Origin: Deltaproteobacteria bacterium
GTDB taxonomy: Bacteria > JAGRBM01 > JAHCIT01
Assembly: GCA_026129095.1 (NCBI GenBank)
Contig: JAHCIT010000014.1
Coordinates: 1-43,297, forward strand
DNA length: 43,297 nt
Direction of reading: 5' to 3'
Under the pieces are notes generated by a model, which made no database searches, had not been told where the DNA came from, and worked only from the letters and a program-made list of their open reading frames with translations. Positions 30,708 through 40,874 of this stretch are shown here, in pieces. Made by a program: the position numbers and the translations under genes. Numbering within the stretch: position 1 is the stretch's first letter; every line of letters begins with the position of its first letter.

Positions 30708-32633
30708 ATGAAGAATGCGATACGGTTTCATGTCCTCAAGACGCTGGCGCGTGTGACGGGTACGGGTGAGCTGCCGGTCCGGCTGGATGACGATGTGCTC
30801 GTAACGGCCGGTAATGTCCGGATCCCCGTCGAAATCATGCTCCCGAAGGACAAGGGACATGGGGATTTTGCACTGAATCTGGCGATGCAGCTCGCCAAGC
30901 CGCTCAGGGCAAATCCCCGGAAACTGGGTGAAGACCTGAAGCGCTGGCTCGACGACGGCCGGCCGGAGTGGCTTGATCCGGCAGAAGTGGCCGGACCCGG
31001 CTTCCTGAACTTCCGTATCCGGCCGGAGGGCTGGCACGGACTGGTTGACGAGATGCTCGCCGCCGGGCCCCTTGCCCTGTCAGGCGGCCAGTACAGGGGC
31101 TTCGGAGCGGTTCACGTCCCGTCCAACGAGAAGATCAACATCGAGTTCGTGAGTGCCAACCCTACCGGCCCGATGCATGTCGGGCACGGCCGTGGAGCGG
31201 CCTTCGGCGACACGATGGCGCGGATACTCCGGGCGACGGGGAACGATGTCACGGCCGAGTTTTACGTGAACGACGCGGGGCTCCAGGTGGATAACCTCGG
31301 AGAGTCGCTTTTCTACCATGCCCGCCAGCTTGCCGGACTGCACGTGAACGACCTGGAGGTAAAATACCAGGGCGAATACGTGAAGATCCTCTCGGTTATC
31401 CTGCTGGTCGAGGCGCTTGCGCCAGACCGGGTCGATGCGCTCGTCAACGGATCGGCGGATGATGAGTTCCCTGATCTCCTTCCGCGGACCGGCCGGGTGC
31501 TGGAAGTATACGAACTGGCAGCAAAAGGCGGCGAAGCCCCGCCGCTCAAGGAAGATCTCCACGAGAAGGCCCGGGAGTTCCTGAACGACCACGCGAAAGC
31601 GCTCGCGTTCTTCAAGGCTGCAGGCAGCGCCATTCTTCTGGGGCATATCCGGCGCACGCTTCGCCGGTTCAACGTCGTATTCGACCGGTATTTCTCGGAA
31701 CGCCAGATGGTCGAGTCGGGTGTCGTGGACCAGACCATCGAGCAGATGAAGGCCAGAGGCGTGCTGGTGCTCAAGGACAGCGCCTGGCAGCTGGAAAAGG
31801 ATTCGCTGGAGGACGAGAAGGACCGGGTCGTCGTCCGGAGCAATGGGGTCAAGACCTATTTCGCGAGCGACATCGCCTATCACGAGGACAAGTTCAGCCG
31901 GGGCTATCAGCGGCTCATCAATGTCTGGGGCGCCGACCATCACGGCTATATCCCGCGTGTCCGGGGGGCGATGAAGCTCCTGGGACATGATCCCGAGCGG
32001 CTGATTTTCCGGATTCTCCAGTTTGTGCTGCTGATGGAAGGCGGACAGCAGGGGAAGATGTCTAAGCGGCAGGGCAATTTTGTCACGCTTGAGGAAGTCA
32101 TGACCGACGTGGGGGTGGATGCCTGCCGGTGGTTTTTCCTCTCCCGCAGCCACGACCAGACCATCGAGTTCGACCTCGAACTTGCACGGAAGCAGTCGAA
32201 CGAGAACCCCGTTTACTATGTGCAGTACGGGTATGCCCGGATCGCCAGCATACTGAGAAAGGCAGCGGGAGAGGGCGTGCCGTTCGATCCGGCCGCGCCA
32301 GCCAAACTGGGACTGCTGGTGGCACCGGAGGAGATCGCCCTCATCCGCAAGGCAGCCGAATTCCCTGACGTGGTACTCGACTGCGCCCGGGCCCTGGAGC
32401 CCCACCATCTGACCTTCTACCTGATTGAGCTTGTCAGGACATTCAGTAACTACTACTCTGCAAAAAGTCCGTCCGGCGAAACCTTATATAAGGTCGTGGA
32501 CGCGGCGCAGCCGGAACTGTCCCGGGCGCGGCTCAAGCTGTCCGCCGCCATGGCGATAGTGATCCGGGGAGGTCTCGAACTGCTCGGGATCTCGGCGCCG
32601 GACCGGATGGACAGCCCAGCGGGTGAGGGCTGA
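30708..32633 (+). CDS. argS: Arginine--tRNA ligase
   Basis: AGPGFLNF, EFVSANPTGPMHVGHGR, WGADHHGY, KMSKR and NPVYYVQY. Confidence 0.97.
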   Translation: MKNAIRFHVLKTLARVTGTGELPVRLDDDVLVTAGNVRIPVEIMLPKDKGHGDFALNLAMQLAKPLRANPRKLGEDLKRWLDDGRPEWLDPAEVAGPGFLNFRIRPEGWHGLVDEMLAAGPLALSGGQYRGFGAVHVPSNEKINIEFVSANPTGPMHVGHGRGAAFGDTMARILRATGNDVTAEFYVNDAGLQVDNLGESLFYHARQLAGLHVNDLEVKYQGEYVKILSVILLVEALAPDRVDALVNGSADDEFPDLLPRTGRVLEVYELAAKGGEAPPLKEDLHEKAREFLNDHAKALAFFKAAGSAILLGHIRRTLRRFNVVFDRYFSERQMVESGVVDQTIEQMKARGVLVLKDSAWQLEKDSLEDEKDRVVVRSNGVKTYFASDIAYHEDKFSRGYQRLINVWGADHHGYIPRVRGAMKLLGHDPERLIFRILQFVLLMEGGQQGKMSKRQGNFVTLEEVMTDVGVDACRWFFLSRSHDQTIEFDLELARKQSNENPVYYVQYGYARIASILRKAAGEGVPFDPAAPAKLGLLVAPEEIALIRKAAEFPDVVLDCARALEPHHLTFYLIELVRTFSNYYSAKSPSGETLYKVVDAAQPELSRARLKLSAAMAIVIRGGLELLGISAPDRMDSPAGEG

Positions 32634-32654
32634 CGACAGCGAACGGAGAGAGCC

Positions 32655-33497
32655 ATGCGCTCCTTCAAGGACGTCGCAGACCGTCACCAGGTCTCCCTCG
32701 ACAACAAGCAACTGGCCATGCTCACATCCGCTGCGGTGGTCGCGGCAGGACTCTTTTTCCTGACCGGTGTCCTGTACGGAACACGGGTTTCGATCCCGGC
32801 GCCGCCGGGCAGTTCCGGACAGAACTCGCTTGCACTCCGGCTGGACAAGGACGAAGACGACGTGCTCCCGGCGGTTCAGGCTCCCCAGGGCAGTGCATCG
32901 ACGGTCGTCCCCGTTACTCCGGATGCGAAATCCCGCAAGAACCGTGCGGAGCTTCTGGATCAGTATTCCCGCGAATCAGTGGTGGTGGAGCAGCCTGTGG
33001 CTCCACCAGCGGCTGCGGCTCCGGCGCCGAAATCGGGTTCCGGTGCTTCCCAGCCGGCAAAACCGATCGCCCAGGTACGGCCGGAAGCGCCCAAGCCTGC
33101 CGCTGTGAAACCGGTGGCAGAGGTCCAGCCAGCGAAGCCAGTTCCCGAAAAGTCCGGAGCCAAGCCCGCTACCCAGGTCGCTTCCGCCAGTCCCGCCGTA
33201 TCCGCAAAGGATCCGGGCCAGCCGCTTCTGAGAGGGCGGCCTCTTTCTGGCATGAAGGGGCCACTGTCCATTCAGGTCGCCGCCTTTACCGATAAGGCGA
33301 GCGCGCAGAAGGAACTGGAGCGGTGGGAGAAGGGACGCTTCCCTGCCTTCATGGGGCTGGATACGGTCGGCGGAAAACGGATTTACCGTATTCAGGTGGG
33401 CCGGTTCAGCGACCGCGCAGAGGCCGAGCGTGCCCGCACAGCCCTTGAGCGGGACATGAAGGTCGTAGGCCCCCGGATTATCGATGCAGTAAAGTGA
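32655..33497 (+). CDS. SPOR-domain protein (FtsN/DedD-like)
   Basis: N-terminal TM helix, Pro/Ala linker, and C-terminal SIQVAAF...YRIQVGRFSDRAEAE; follows argS. Confidence 0.85.
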   Translation: MRSFKDVADRHQVSLDNKQLAMLTSAAVVAAGLFFLTGVLYGTRVSIPAPPGSSGQNSLALRLDKDEDDVLPAVQAPQGSASTVVPVTPDAKSRKNRAELLDQYSRESVVVEQPVAPPAAAAPAPKSGSGASQPAKPIAQVRPEAPKPAAVKPVAEVQPAKPVPEKSGAKPATQVASASPAVSAKDPGQPLLRGRPLSGMKGPLSIQVAAFTDKASAQKELERWEKGRFPAFMGLDTVGGKRIYRIQVGRFSDRAEAERARTALERDMKVVGPRIIDAVK

Positions 33498-33636
33498 GAG
33501 AGGCCTAAACGCACCTTAATTCAGCAGGTTAGGCTTTTCGGCTGGCCGCTGTTTCCCGGTTTGTTAGCCCCCTTGGGACCGTCTATACCCTCCCGTTCCG
33601 GGGCCGCCTGAAGCGGCCTGCGGTAACTGTGCTCCT

Positions 33637-35436
<1,800 letters not shown>

Positions 35437-35437
35437 C

Positions 35438-36337
35438 ATGACCGATGAAGTTTCCGCCGGTCTTGAGGGCCTTTCCGGCGCGCACTTGAAGGAAGCCGCC
35501 CGGTCCTATGTGGCCGAGTCGCGCTGGATTCGCCGCAAGCACCGGAAGGTGCTGGCCCCGGCCGTTCTGGAACGGCTGGAGGCGATGGAGACTGCCGTCT
35601 CGGACCGGATGGACGGAGATGCCGGCGCCCTGAAAACGGCTCTTGGTGATCTGGTGCAGTCGATCGAGGTGGATCTCGCCCACTACCGCCGGTCGCGGAC
35701 GGTGGAGTTCCTGGAATTGCTGGGTTTTGCGTTCCTGCTGGCGCTCCTGATCCGGACGTTCATCGTGCAGGCCTATGTGATCCCGTCCGAGAGCATGGTG
35801 CCGACGCTGCTCAGGAACGACTATCTGCTGGTCTGGAAGCCGGCCTACGGGATCAAGGTGCCGTTCCGGCATGACTGGCTGGTGAGGTGGGGCCGGCCGA
35901 AGCGGTGGGACGTGGTGGTGTTCGTTCCCCCCCAGGAACTCGGAAAGAAATATCTCGACCAGGAGGATTTCATCAAGCGGGTGGTGGGGCTCCCAGGCGA
36001 CCGGGTAGAACTGGTCGACCGCGTTCTGTATCTCAATGGCGAACCGGTGCGTGACGAGTGGGCCCACTGGATTGACGGCGAACTGAGCGGGCACGGGGAG
36101 TTCGGACCGTTCGTGATTCCGCCCGGCCACTATTTCATGATGGGCGACAACCGGGACCGCTCGCTTGATTCCAGGAGCTGGGGGACCGTGCCTGAAGATG
36201 CTCTCGTGGGCCCGGCGGCATTCATCTACTTTTCGACCGACAGCACCTCTCCCGGTGGCCTGACCGGTCTGGTGCAGGGGATCGTCCGGTTCCCGTTCGA
36301 TACCCGCTGGCGGCGTCTCGGCCGGATCATACGCTGA
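35438..36337 (+). CDS. lepB: Signal peptidase I
   Basis: IPSESMVPTL (catalytic Ser), FIKRVVGLPGD (Lys) and GDNRDRSLDSR; ATG 1 nt after the lepA stop. Confidence 0.95.
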   Translation: MTDEVSAGLEGLSGAHLKEAARSYVAESRWIRRKHRKVLAPAVLERLEAMETAVSDRMDGDAGALKTALGDLVQSIEVDLAHYRRSRTVEFLELLGFAFLLALLIRTFIVQAYVIPSESMVPTLLRNDYLLVWKPAYGIKVPFRHDWLVRWGRPKRWDVVVFVPPQELGKKYLDQEDFIKRVVGLPGDRVELVDRVLYLNGEPVRDEWAHWIDGELSGHGEFGPFVIPPGHYFMMGDNRDRSLDSRSWGTVPEDALVGPAAFIYFSTDSTSPGGLTGLVQGIVRFPFDTRWRRLGRIIR

Positions 36338-36371
36338 GACTGGCCTGCCGCCGCATGGCCGGAGCATCCTG

Positions 36372-36866
36372 ATGGCTGCTGTAACGCACAAGGGGTTTAC
36401 GCCAGAGGATCATCGCTGGATGGGCCGTGCGCTCGCGGCCGCCCGCCGGGCTGCCGCTGCCGGGGAGGTCCCCGTGGGGGCTGTCATAGTGTCCCGCTCG
36501 GGGAAGTTTCTGGGTTCCGGACGGAATCGCCGGGAACAGGACAGCGATCCCACCGCTCACGCGGAACTGGTGGCCCTGCGCCGTGCCTGCCGGCGGAGCC
36601 GGAACTGGCGGCTTCCGGGTGCGACGGTCTATGTGACCCTGGAGCCGTGCCTCATGTGCCTGATGGCACTGAAGAATGCCCGCGTCGCACGGGTAGTATA
36701 TGGGGCGAGCGACCCCAAGCGCGGGGCCGCCCGCTGGGGGGGCCTGGACATCCCCGAAGACGGGAACCTGAACCCGGTCCGCTGCGAGGGCGGGCTTGAC
36801 GCAGACGCCGCCGGGCCGCTACTCAAGGCCTTCTTCAGGGACCGCCGGCGCAAGGCCGGTTCCTGA
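36372..36866 (+). CDS. tadA: tRNA-specific adenosine deaminase
   Basis: EVPVGAV, DPTAHAE and TLEPCLMC zinc-binding motifs. Confidence 0.93.
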   Translation: MAAVTHKGFTPEDHRWMGRALAAARRAAAAGEVPVGAVIVSRSGKFLGSGRNRREQDSDPTAHAELVALRRACRRSRNWRLPGATVYVTLEPCLMCLMALKNARVARVVYGASDPKRGAARWGGLDIPEDGNLNPVRCEGGLDADAAGPLLKAFFRDRRRKAGS

Positions 36867-36892
36867 CCGGCACTTCCCTTCAAGGGTGCTTC

Positions 36893-36982
36893 GGAGAGTT
36901 GGCCGAGTGGCTGAAGGCGCACGCTTGGAAAGCGTGTATAGGGGAAACCCTATCGTGGGTTCGAATCCCACACTCTCCGCCA
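36893..36982 (+). tRNA. tRNA-Ser (anticodon GGA)
   Basis: Acceptor stem GGAGAGT/ACTCTCC, anticodon arm GCACGC-TTGGAAA-GCGTGT, long variable arm, T-loop GGTTCGAATCC, encoded GCCA end. Confidence 0.97.
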
Positions 36983-38452
36983 GTCACCGCCCTTGTTTCC
37001 TTCGGCGATCAGATCGAACGGAAACGCCAAGGAATATTCGACGGTTCCGTTCCTCACCTGAAGGTTTGTACACAGGATTTTCGAGATTCTCGCGAGCGCC
37101 CTGGGGCTCGCCGAATCCAGCGTGGTTTCGAGCTCTTCGGCGAGTTTGTACGCCGCCTCGACCTGGTCTGCTGCCGCGTGCGTCTCTTCGCGCTCCAGCT
37201 CCCTCAGCCCGATCTCGGCCCTGTCCCGTTCGGCCCTTAGCGCCCCGGTTTGTTCACGGTAGGTGGCGGAATCGACATCGCCACTGGTCATGGCCTCAAA
37301 CGCCCTCGCCAGCTTGCGTTTCAGAACATCCAGACGCGCTTCCAGCGCGGCCCGTTTCGCCGCCCTGACCTCATGGGCCTTGCTCCGGAATTCGTCGAGT
37401 CCGGCCATCAGAAGTCCGGCGGCGGCGGGGGGCAGGATCGCCCGGCGGGCGATCCCGTCCAGCCGCCTCAGGGCCTCGCTCTCTGCGAGGAAAGCGTGCC
37501 TGTTGCCGTTGCGCTTGCAGGTCCCGCAGAACCCGTAGGTGTATTTTCCTTTCTTGGCGGCAAAGAACGTCACCGAATGGCCGCATTCGGCACACTGGAA
37601 GACGCCGCTCAGGGGCCTGGGTTCCCGGATCTTCTTCTCCGTCCGGCGCGTGTCCGAAAGACGGAGCCTGATGCGTTCGTGCGTCTCCATGTCGATGAGC
37701 GGCTCGTGCTGGAAGTTCGTGACCAGCTTCCCTTTGGCATAAAACGGCCCGGCAAAGACAGGATCGACCAGCCACCGGTGAAGCGCCGAACGTGAAATGG
37801 GCTTATCCTGATACGTAATTCCGAGTCTCTTGGACTCTTTGACCAGTACGTCGAGGGAGTAGTTGCCGGTGGCGGCGGCTTCGAGAAGCTCCCTCACCAG
37901 CGGCCCCTGCACCGGGTCGGGTTCGATGCCGGTACGGGGCACCTTCCGGTATCCGGGCGGTGCCTTGTAGCTCCAGTATCCAAGGCTCGTCTGCTGCCTG
38001 ATGCAGGACTTGACGCGGGCCGACAGATGCCGCGTCTCGCTCCGGGCGAACATCGCCATCATCTCGAACCGGTCCCACTCGGACGGAGGGGCATCGGCAT
38101 GGAGATGAAAACGGTCCAGCGCGGCATGAAGGTGCTTGCCGTGCCTTTTCACCAGGTCCTCCAGCCGCGCATGGTCCCAGGAGTTGCGGTTCGAGCGGTC
38201 CACCTTGTGGAAGACCAGATGGGGCACGTCGCCGGAGGCGGCAAACTCCCTCAGCATCGCCTGGAACTCCACCCGCTCGTCGTCGAAGGTGGCCGTTTCG
38301 GCCACCTCCCACGTTTTGACGAGATCGAGGCCGTTCGCGTCGCAATAGGCCCTGATCGAACCGGTCTGGAGGCCGAGCGAGATGCCGCCCCGTGCCTGGT
38401 CCTCGGAACTCACGCGGGCGAAGCCGAAGGCTCTTGAAGATATCGTTGCCAT
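36950..38452 (-). CDS. Large serine recombinase (integrase)
   Basis: FARVSSEDQ catalytic Ser motif, [13 protein letters not shown] recombinase domain, Zn ribbon CAECG...CGTC, then a coiled coil; GGGAGG RBS before ATG 38452. Confidence 0.93.
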   Translation of the reverse strand: MATISSRAFGFARVSSEDQARGGISLGLQTGSIRAYCDANGLDLVKTWEVAETATFDDERVEFQAMLREFAASGDVPHLVFHKVDRSNRNSWDHARLEDLVKRHGKHLHAALDRFHLHADAPPSEWDRFEMMAMFARSETRHLSARVKSCIRQQTSLGYWSYKAPPGYRKVPRTGIEPDPVQGPLVRELLEAAATGNYSLDVLVKESKRLGITYQDKPISRSALHRWLVDPVFAGPFYAKGKLVTNFQHEPLIDMETHERIRLRLSDTRRTEKKIREPRPLSGVFQCAECGHSVTFFAAKKGKYTYGFCGTCKRNGNRHAFLAESEALRRLDGIARRAILPPAAAGLLMAGLDEFRSKAHEVRAAKRAALEARLDVLKRKLARAFEAMTSGDVDSATYREQTGALRAERDRAEIGLRELEREETHAAADQVEAAYKLAEELETTLDSASPRALARISKILCTNLQVRNGTVEYSLAFPFDLIAEGNKGGDWRRVWDSNPR

Positions 38453-38507
38453 GAATGTTTCGCCTCCCAAAGTCAGCCTGCGAGCATCCGGCAGTTCCGG
38501 CCAAACG

Positions 38508-38702
38508 TCAACCGGTTTTTCGCCTCTGGCACGGAACAGCCATTTTCTCGCGGCGCATCCCGTTGCGGCCGTCCCGGATATCCTGAATCACTTCAAGCAG
38601 TTCCCTGACGCGCCGTCGGGCTTCGCCCGTTTCCTTTTCCGTCGGCATCCGGCCCGTGATGCGGACCAGCGCCCGGCGGAATTCGCTCCGGTCTGTTTCC
38701 AT
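38508..38702 (-). CDS. Small hypothetical protein upstream of the recombinase (possible directionality factor)
   Basis: 64-aa helical ORF, co-oriented with and 55 nt upstream of the recombinase. Confidence 0.5.
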   Translation of the reverse strand: METDRSEFRRALVRITGRMPTEKETGEARRRVRELLEVIQDIRDGRNGMRREKMAVPCQRRKTG

Positions 38703-38786
38703 GGGGGACGCTCACGCGGCCTCTGCCGCCCGTGCCGTTCGTTCCAGTGACAGGAATCGGTGGTGTTTCCATCTGGCGCTCCCGTG

Positions 38787-39008
38787 TCAGGAGTCGCACG
38801 CCTGGCCTTCCGGGGCCTTCGGGTGGATCAGGAACCGGTAGCTCTTTCCGGCCCTGACCGTGACGCACCGGATACCGCCCCTCACGATCTCCCCGGTGAC
38901 CGAATAGTCGAAAAACCCGTGATCGAGCCCCTCTTCCAGAACCTCGACGAGTTTCCGGATGGCTTGCTCCAGCTCGGTCCTGTCCAGGTGGGGGTTCCGG
39001 TGCGGCAT
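38787..39008 (-). CDS. Small hypothetical protein
   Basis: 73 aa, co-oriented; helix followed by HGFFDYSVTGEI...VTVRAGKSYRFLI beta-meander. Confidence 0.6.
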   Translation of the reverse strand: MPHRNPHLDRTELEQAIRKLVEVLEEGLDHGFFDYSVTGEIVRGGIRCVTVRAGKSYRFLIHPKAPEGQACDS

Positions 39009-39024
39009 GACGGGGGGTATCCAG

Positions 39025-39288
39025 TCAGGTCAGCCTGAGGTTCTGGAACCTGCGCACCGGAACCAGCCCGATGGCGTCCCGGCGGACCTGGAATCGCACG
39101 AGACCGCTTTTGTGAAGCTCGGCGATGATCTCGCCGAACTCGTCGCCCGTGATGAAGTAGCCAGCGGCATCGAAGGACTGCTTGACGGCCCTGATGAACC
39201 TGCCGGCCTGCGGGTGGCCGTTCCACCGCTCGCACAGCAGCCGGTAGACGGTCATCGCGCCCGGGGAGAGCTGTTCAGCGTTTTCCAC
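39025..39288 (-). CDS. Small hypothetical (winged-helix-like) protein
   Basis: 87 aa; GAGGAAG RBS-like sequence; overlaps the upstream gene; IIAELHKSGLVRF is wHTH-like. Confidence 0.55.
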   Translation of the reverse strand: MENAEQLSPGAMTVYRLLCERWNGHPQAGRFIRAVKQSFDAAGYFITGDEFGEIIAELHKSGLVRFQVRRDAIGLVPVRRFQNLRLT

Positions 39289-39730
39289 GGCGCTTCCTCC
39301 TCACCCACTCGAACGGAAGGGAATAAACCTCCATCTGCCGGGCGACCTCGCCGTCGATCTTGATGGTCTTTTCCTTCCCCGTAATCGTCATTCCTCCCTC
39401 GTGGTAGATGCAGAGGTAACCCATGAACGGTTCGCCGGTTTTCGGTTTTCCCAATTCGCCGACCCACATGGGGAGGTATCCGGATTCGAAATAGCCCCAG
39501 AACCGGTCCAGAAGCATCGGGATATCCTCGTGCCGGGCACCGATCTCGACAAGCTTGTTGGCGATCTCCGCCCGCCGGATATCATTCCGGGTCCACCAGA
39601 CGGGCGTGCGTGGCTTGCCTGTCCAGGTGGCTGGCTGGACATAGCCCGCCCGCACCAGGCGCATGAGCTTCGGATAGCTGATATCCAGAATTCTGGAGAC
39701 CGTCTCGCTGTCCAGGAGGGTTTCGGTCAT
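39275..39730 (-). CDS. MerR/Xis-like HTH DNA-binding protein
   Basis: LDSETVSRILDISYPKLMRLVRAGYVQP...WWTRNDIRR matches the MerR/excisionase HTH pattern; GAGGA RBS. Confidence 0.75.
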   Translation of the reverse strand: MTETLLDSETVSRILDISYPKLMRLVRAGYVQPATWTGKPRTPVWWTRNDIRRAEIANKLVEIGARHEDIPMLLDRFWGYFESGYLPMWVGELGKPKTGEPFMGYLCIYHEGGMTITGKEKTIKIDGEVARQMEVYSLPFEWVRRKRRGKR

Positions 39731-39745
39731 TTGGGGCCTGTCCTC

Positions 39746-39803
39746 ATAGTTTCACCACCGGAAATATAGCCCGCCTCCGGAATAGTTTCAAGATCGAAAT
39801 TAT
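39746..39803. promoter_or_regulatory. Two tandem 22-bp imperfect palindromes (operator-like)
   Basis: ATAGTTTC-N6-GGAAATAT (39746-39767) and ATAGTTTC-N6-GAAATTAT (39782-39803), immediately upstream of the HTH gene. Confidence 0.55.
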
Positions 39804-40206
39804 GCCCGGCCGCTTTTTCCGCGGAATTCACACGGGCGGGTCTTGCCCCCGCCACGCCCGAACCGCCGGAATCCAGGCGCTTCCCGGACTCACACCGGAG
39901 CTGCGTCGCCCCTTGCCGGAACCGTGACGGCCTGCGGCCGGCTGCAGGGCGCTTTTCGCCGGGTACACAACCTGGGGCGAGGCATGAAGCTGCTACCCCC
40001 GGCGTGCTCATTGCGCGACTGGCTGCCGGAGTTTCCCATGCCCGGATGCCCCAGGCATGTTGATCCGGCGAACCACCCCTGACCTGGAGACTGGAACACC
40101 GGATGCGGATGTCATCGTGACGACGGCCGCCGAATCACCAGGAATTGCAGCGGACGGCCAACCCGGATCGTCCCGGTTCCCGCACGGTACAAGGACATCC
40201 AGCGAT

Positions 40207-40298
40207 TCCGGCCGAACTTCGACCTCGTGGAACTCCGGCCGAACTCCGACCTCCATAAGAGATCGAACTTCGGCCTTTACAGGCCGTTCGAACGGCCT
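40207..40298. repeat. Iteron-like direct repeats plus a perfect 18-bp palindrome
   Basis: TCCGGCCGAACTYCGACCTC at 40207 and 40234, partial CGAACTTCGGCCT at 40264, and AGGCCGTTCGAACGGCCT at 40281-40298. Confidence 0.7.
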
Positions 40299-40312
40299 TA
40301 AATTGATGTTCA

Positions 40313-40401
40313 GCCGGGCGTGCGCGACACGGTGAATCTCCCTGCCGTGGCCTACGAGAGTAGGCAGCATGTAGGGGTGGGAGTCCTACCGTGCGTCCGG
40401 C
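40313..40401 (+). ncRNA. Candidate structured non-coding RNA
   Basis: A 12-bp closing stem with G-U pairs encloses a GCCTAC-GAGA-GTAGGC hairpin and a GTAGG-GGTGGGAGT-CCTAC T-loop-like hairpin. Confidence 0.35.
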
Positions 40402-40403
40402 AT

Positions 40404-40874
40404 TCATATTGAGACAACCTCATCCAGCGTCCACAATCCGAGCATCCCCTTGCACGCCGGGCCGTCCACTCTCCGGACGTTCGCCAAAACCCAGCCAAAT
40501 AAGACTTCACCGACAGCGGGTTCCGTTAATCCATAGAGGAGCACCCGTTTCCTTTCCGCTGGGCTTGTCCTCCAGCTTCCGGTGATCCTATGGCAGCCAA
40601 CTAGGTCGGCGACGGCCACGATGCGACCAATAGGTAGGTCAGTCCGGTCGAAGTAGCAGGCTGCCTTGGTGAATTCTGGATTTACGGTCCTGGCCATCCA
40701 GGTCCGCAGCGCTTCGGCGTTGGCCGTACGAGCCTGCTTCGTCAGTTTTCCGCGACCTGCGTGGATCAGCAACTGACCACGATAGCTCGTGGGCCACGAG
40801 CGCATCTCCCATGATTTGAAACCATCGGCGATAAGTGATGCCCAAGGCTGGACGATAGTGAGAGCCTTGGGCAT
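40404..40874 (-). CDS. ASCH domain protein
   Basis: KALTIVQPWASLIADGFKSWEMRSWPTSYRGQLLIHAG (GxKxxExR signature) and a C-terminal KGMLGLW; TGATG overlap with the upstream gene. Confidence 0.92.
   Translation of the reverse strand: MPKALTIVQPWASLIADGFKSWEMRSWPTSYRGQLLIHAGRGKLTKQARTANAEALRTWMARTVNPEFTKAACYFDRTDLPIGRIVAVADLVGCHRITGSWRTSPAERKRVLLYGLTEPAVGEVLFGWVLANVRRVDGPACKGMLGLWTLDEVVSI

Noticed and set aside
40008-40370. 120-aa minus-strand ORF
   Set aside because: No recognisable domain; it overlaps DNA repeats and stems that better explain the region.
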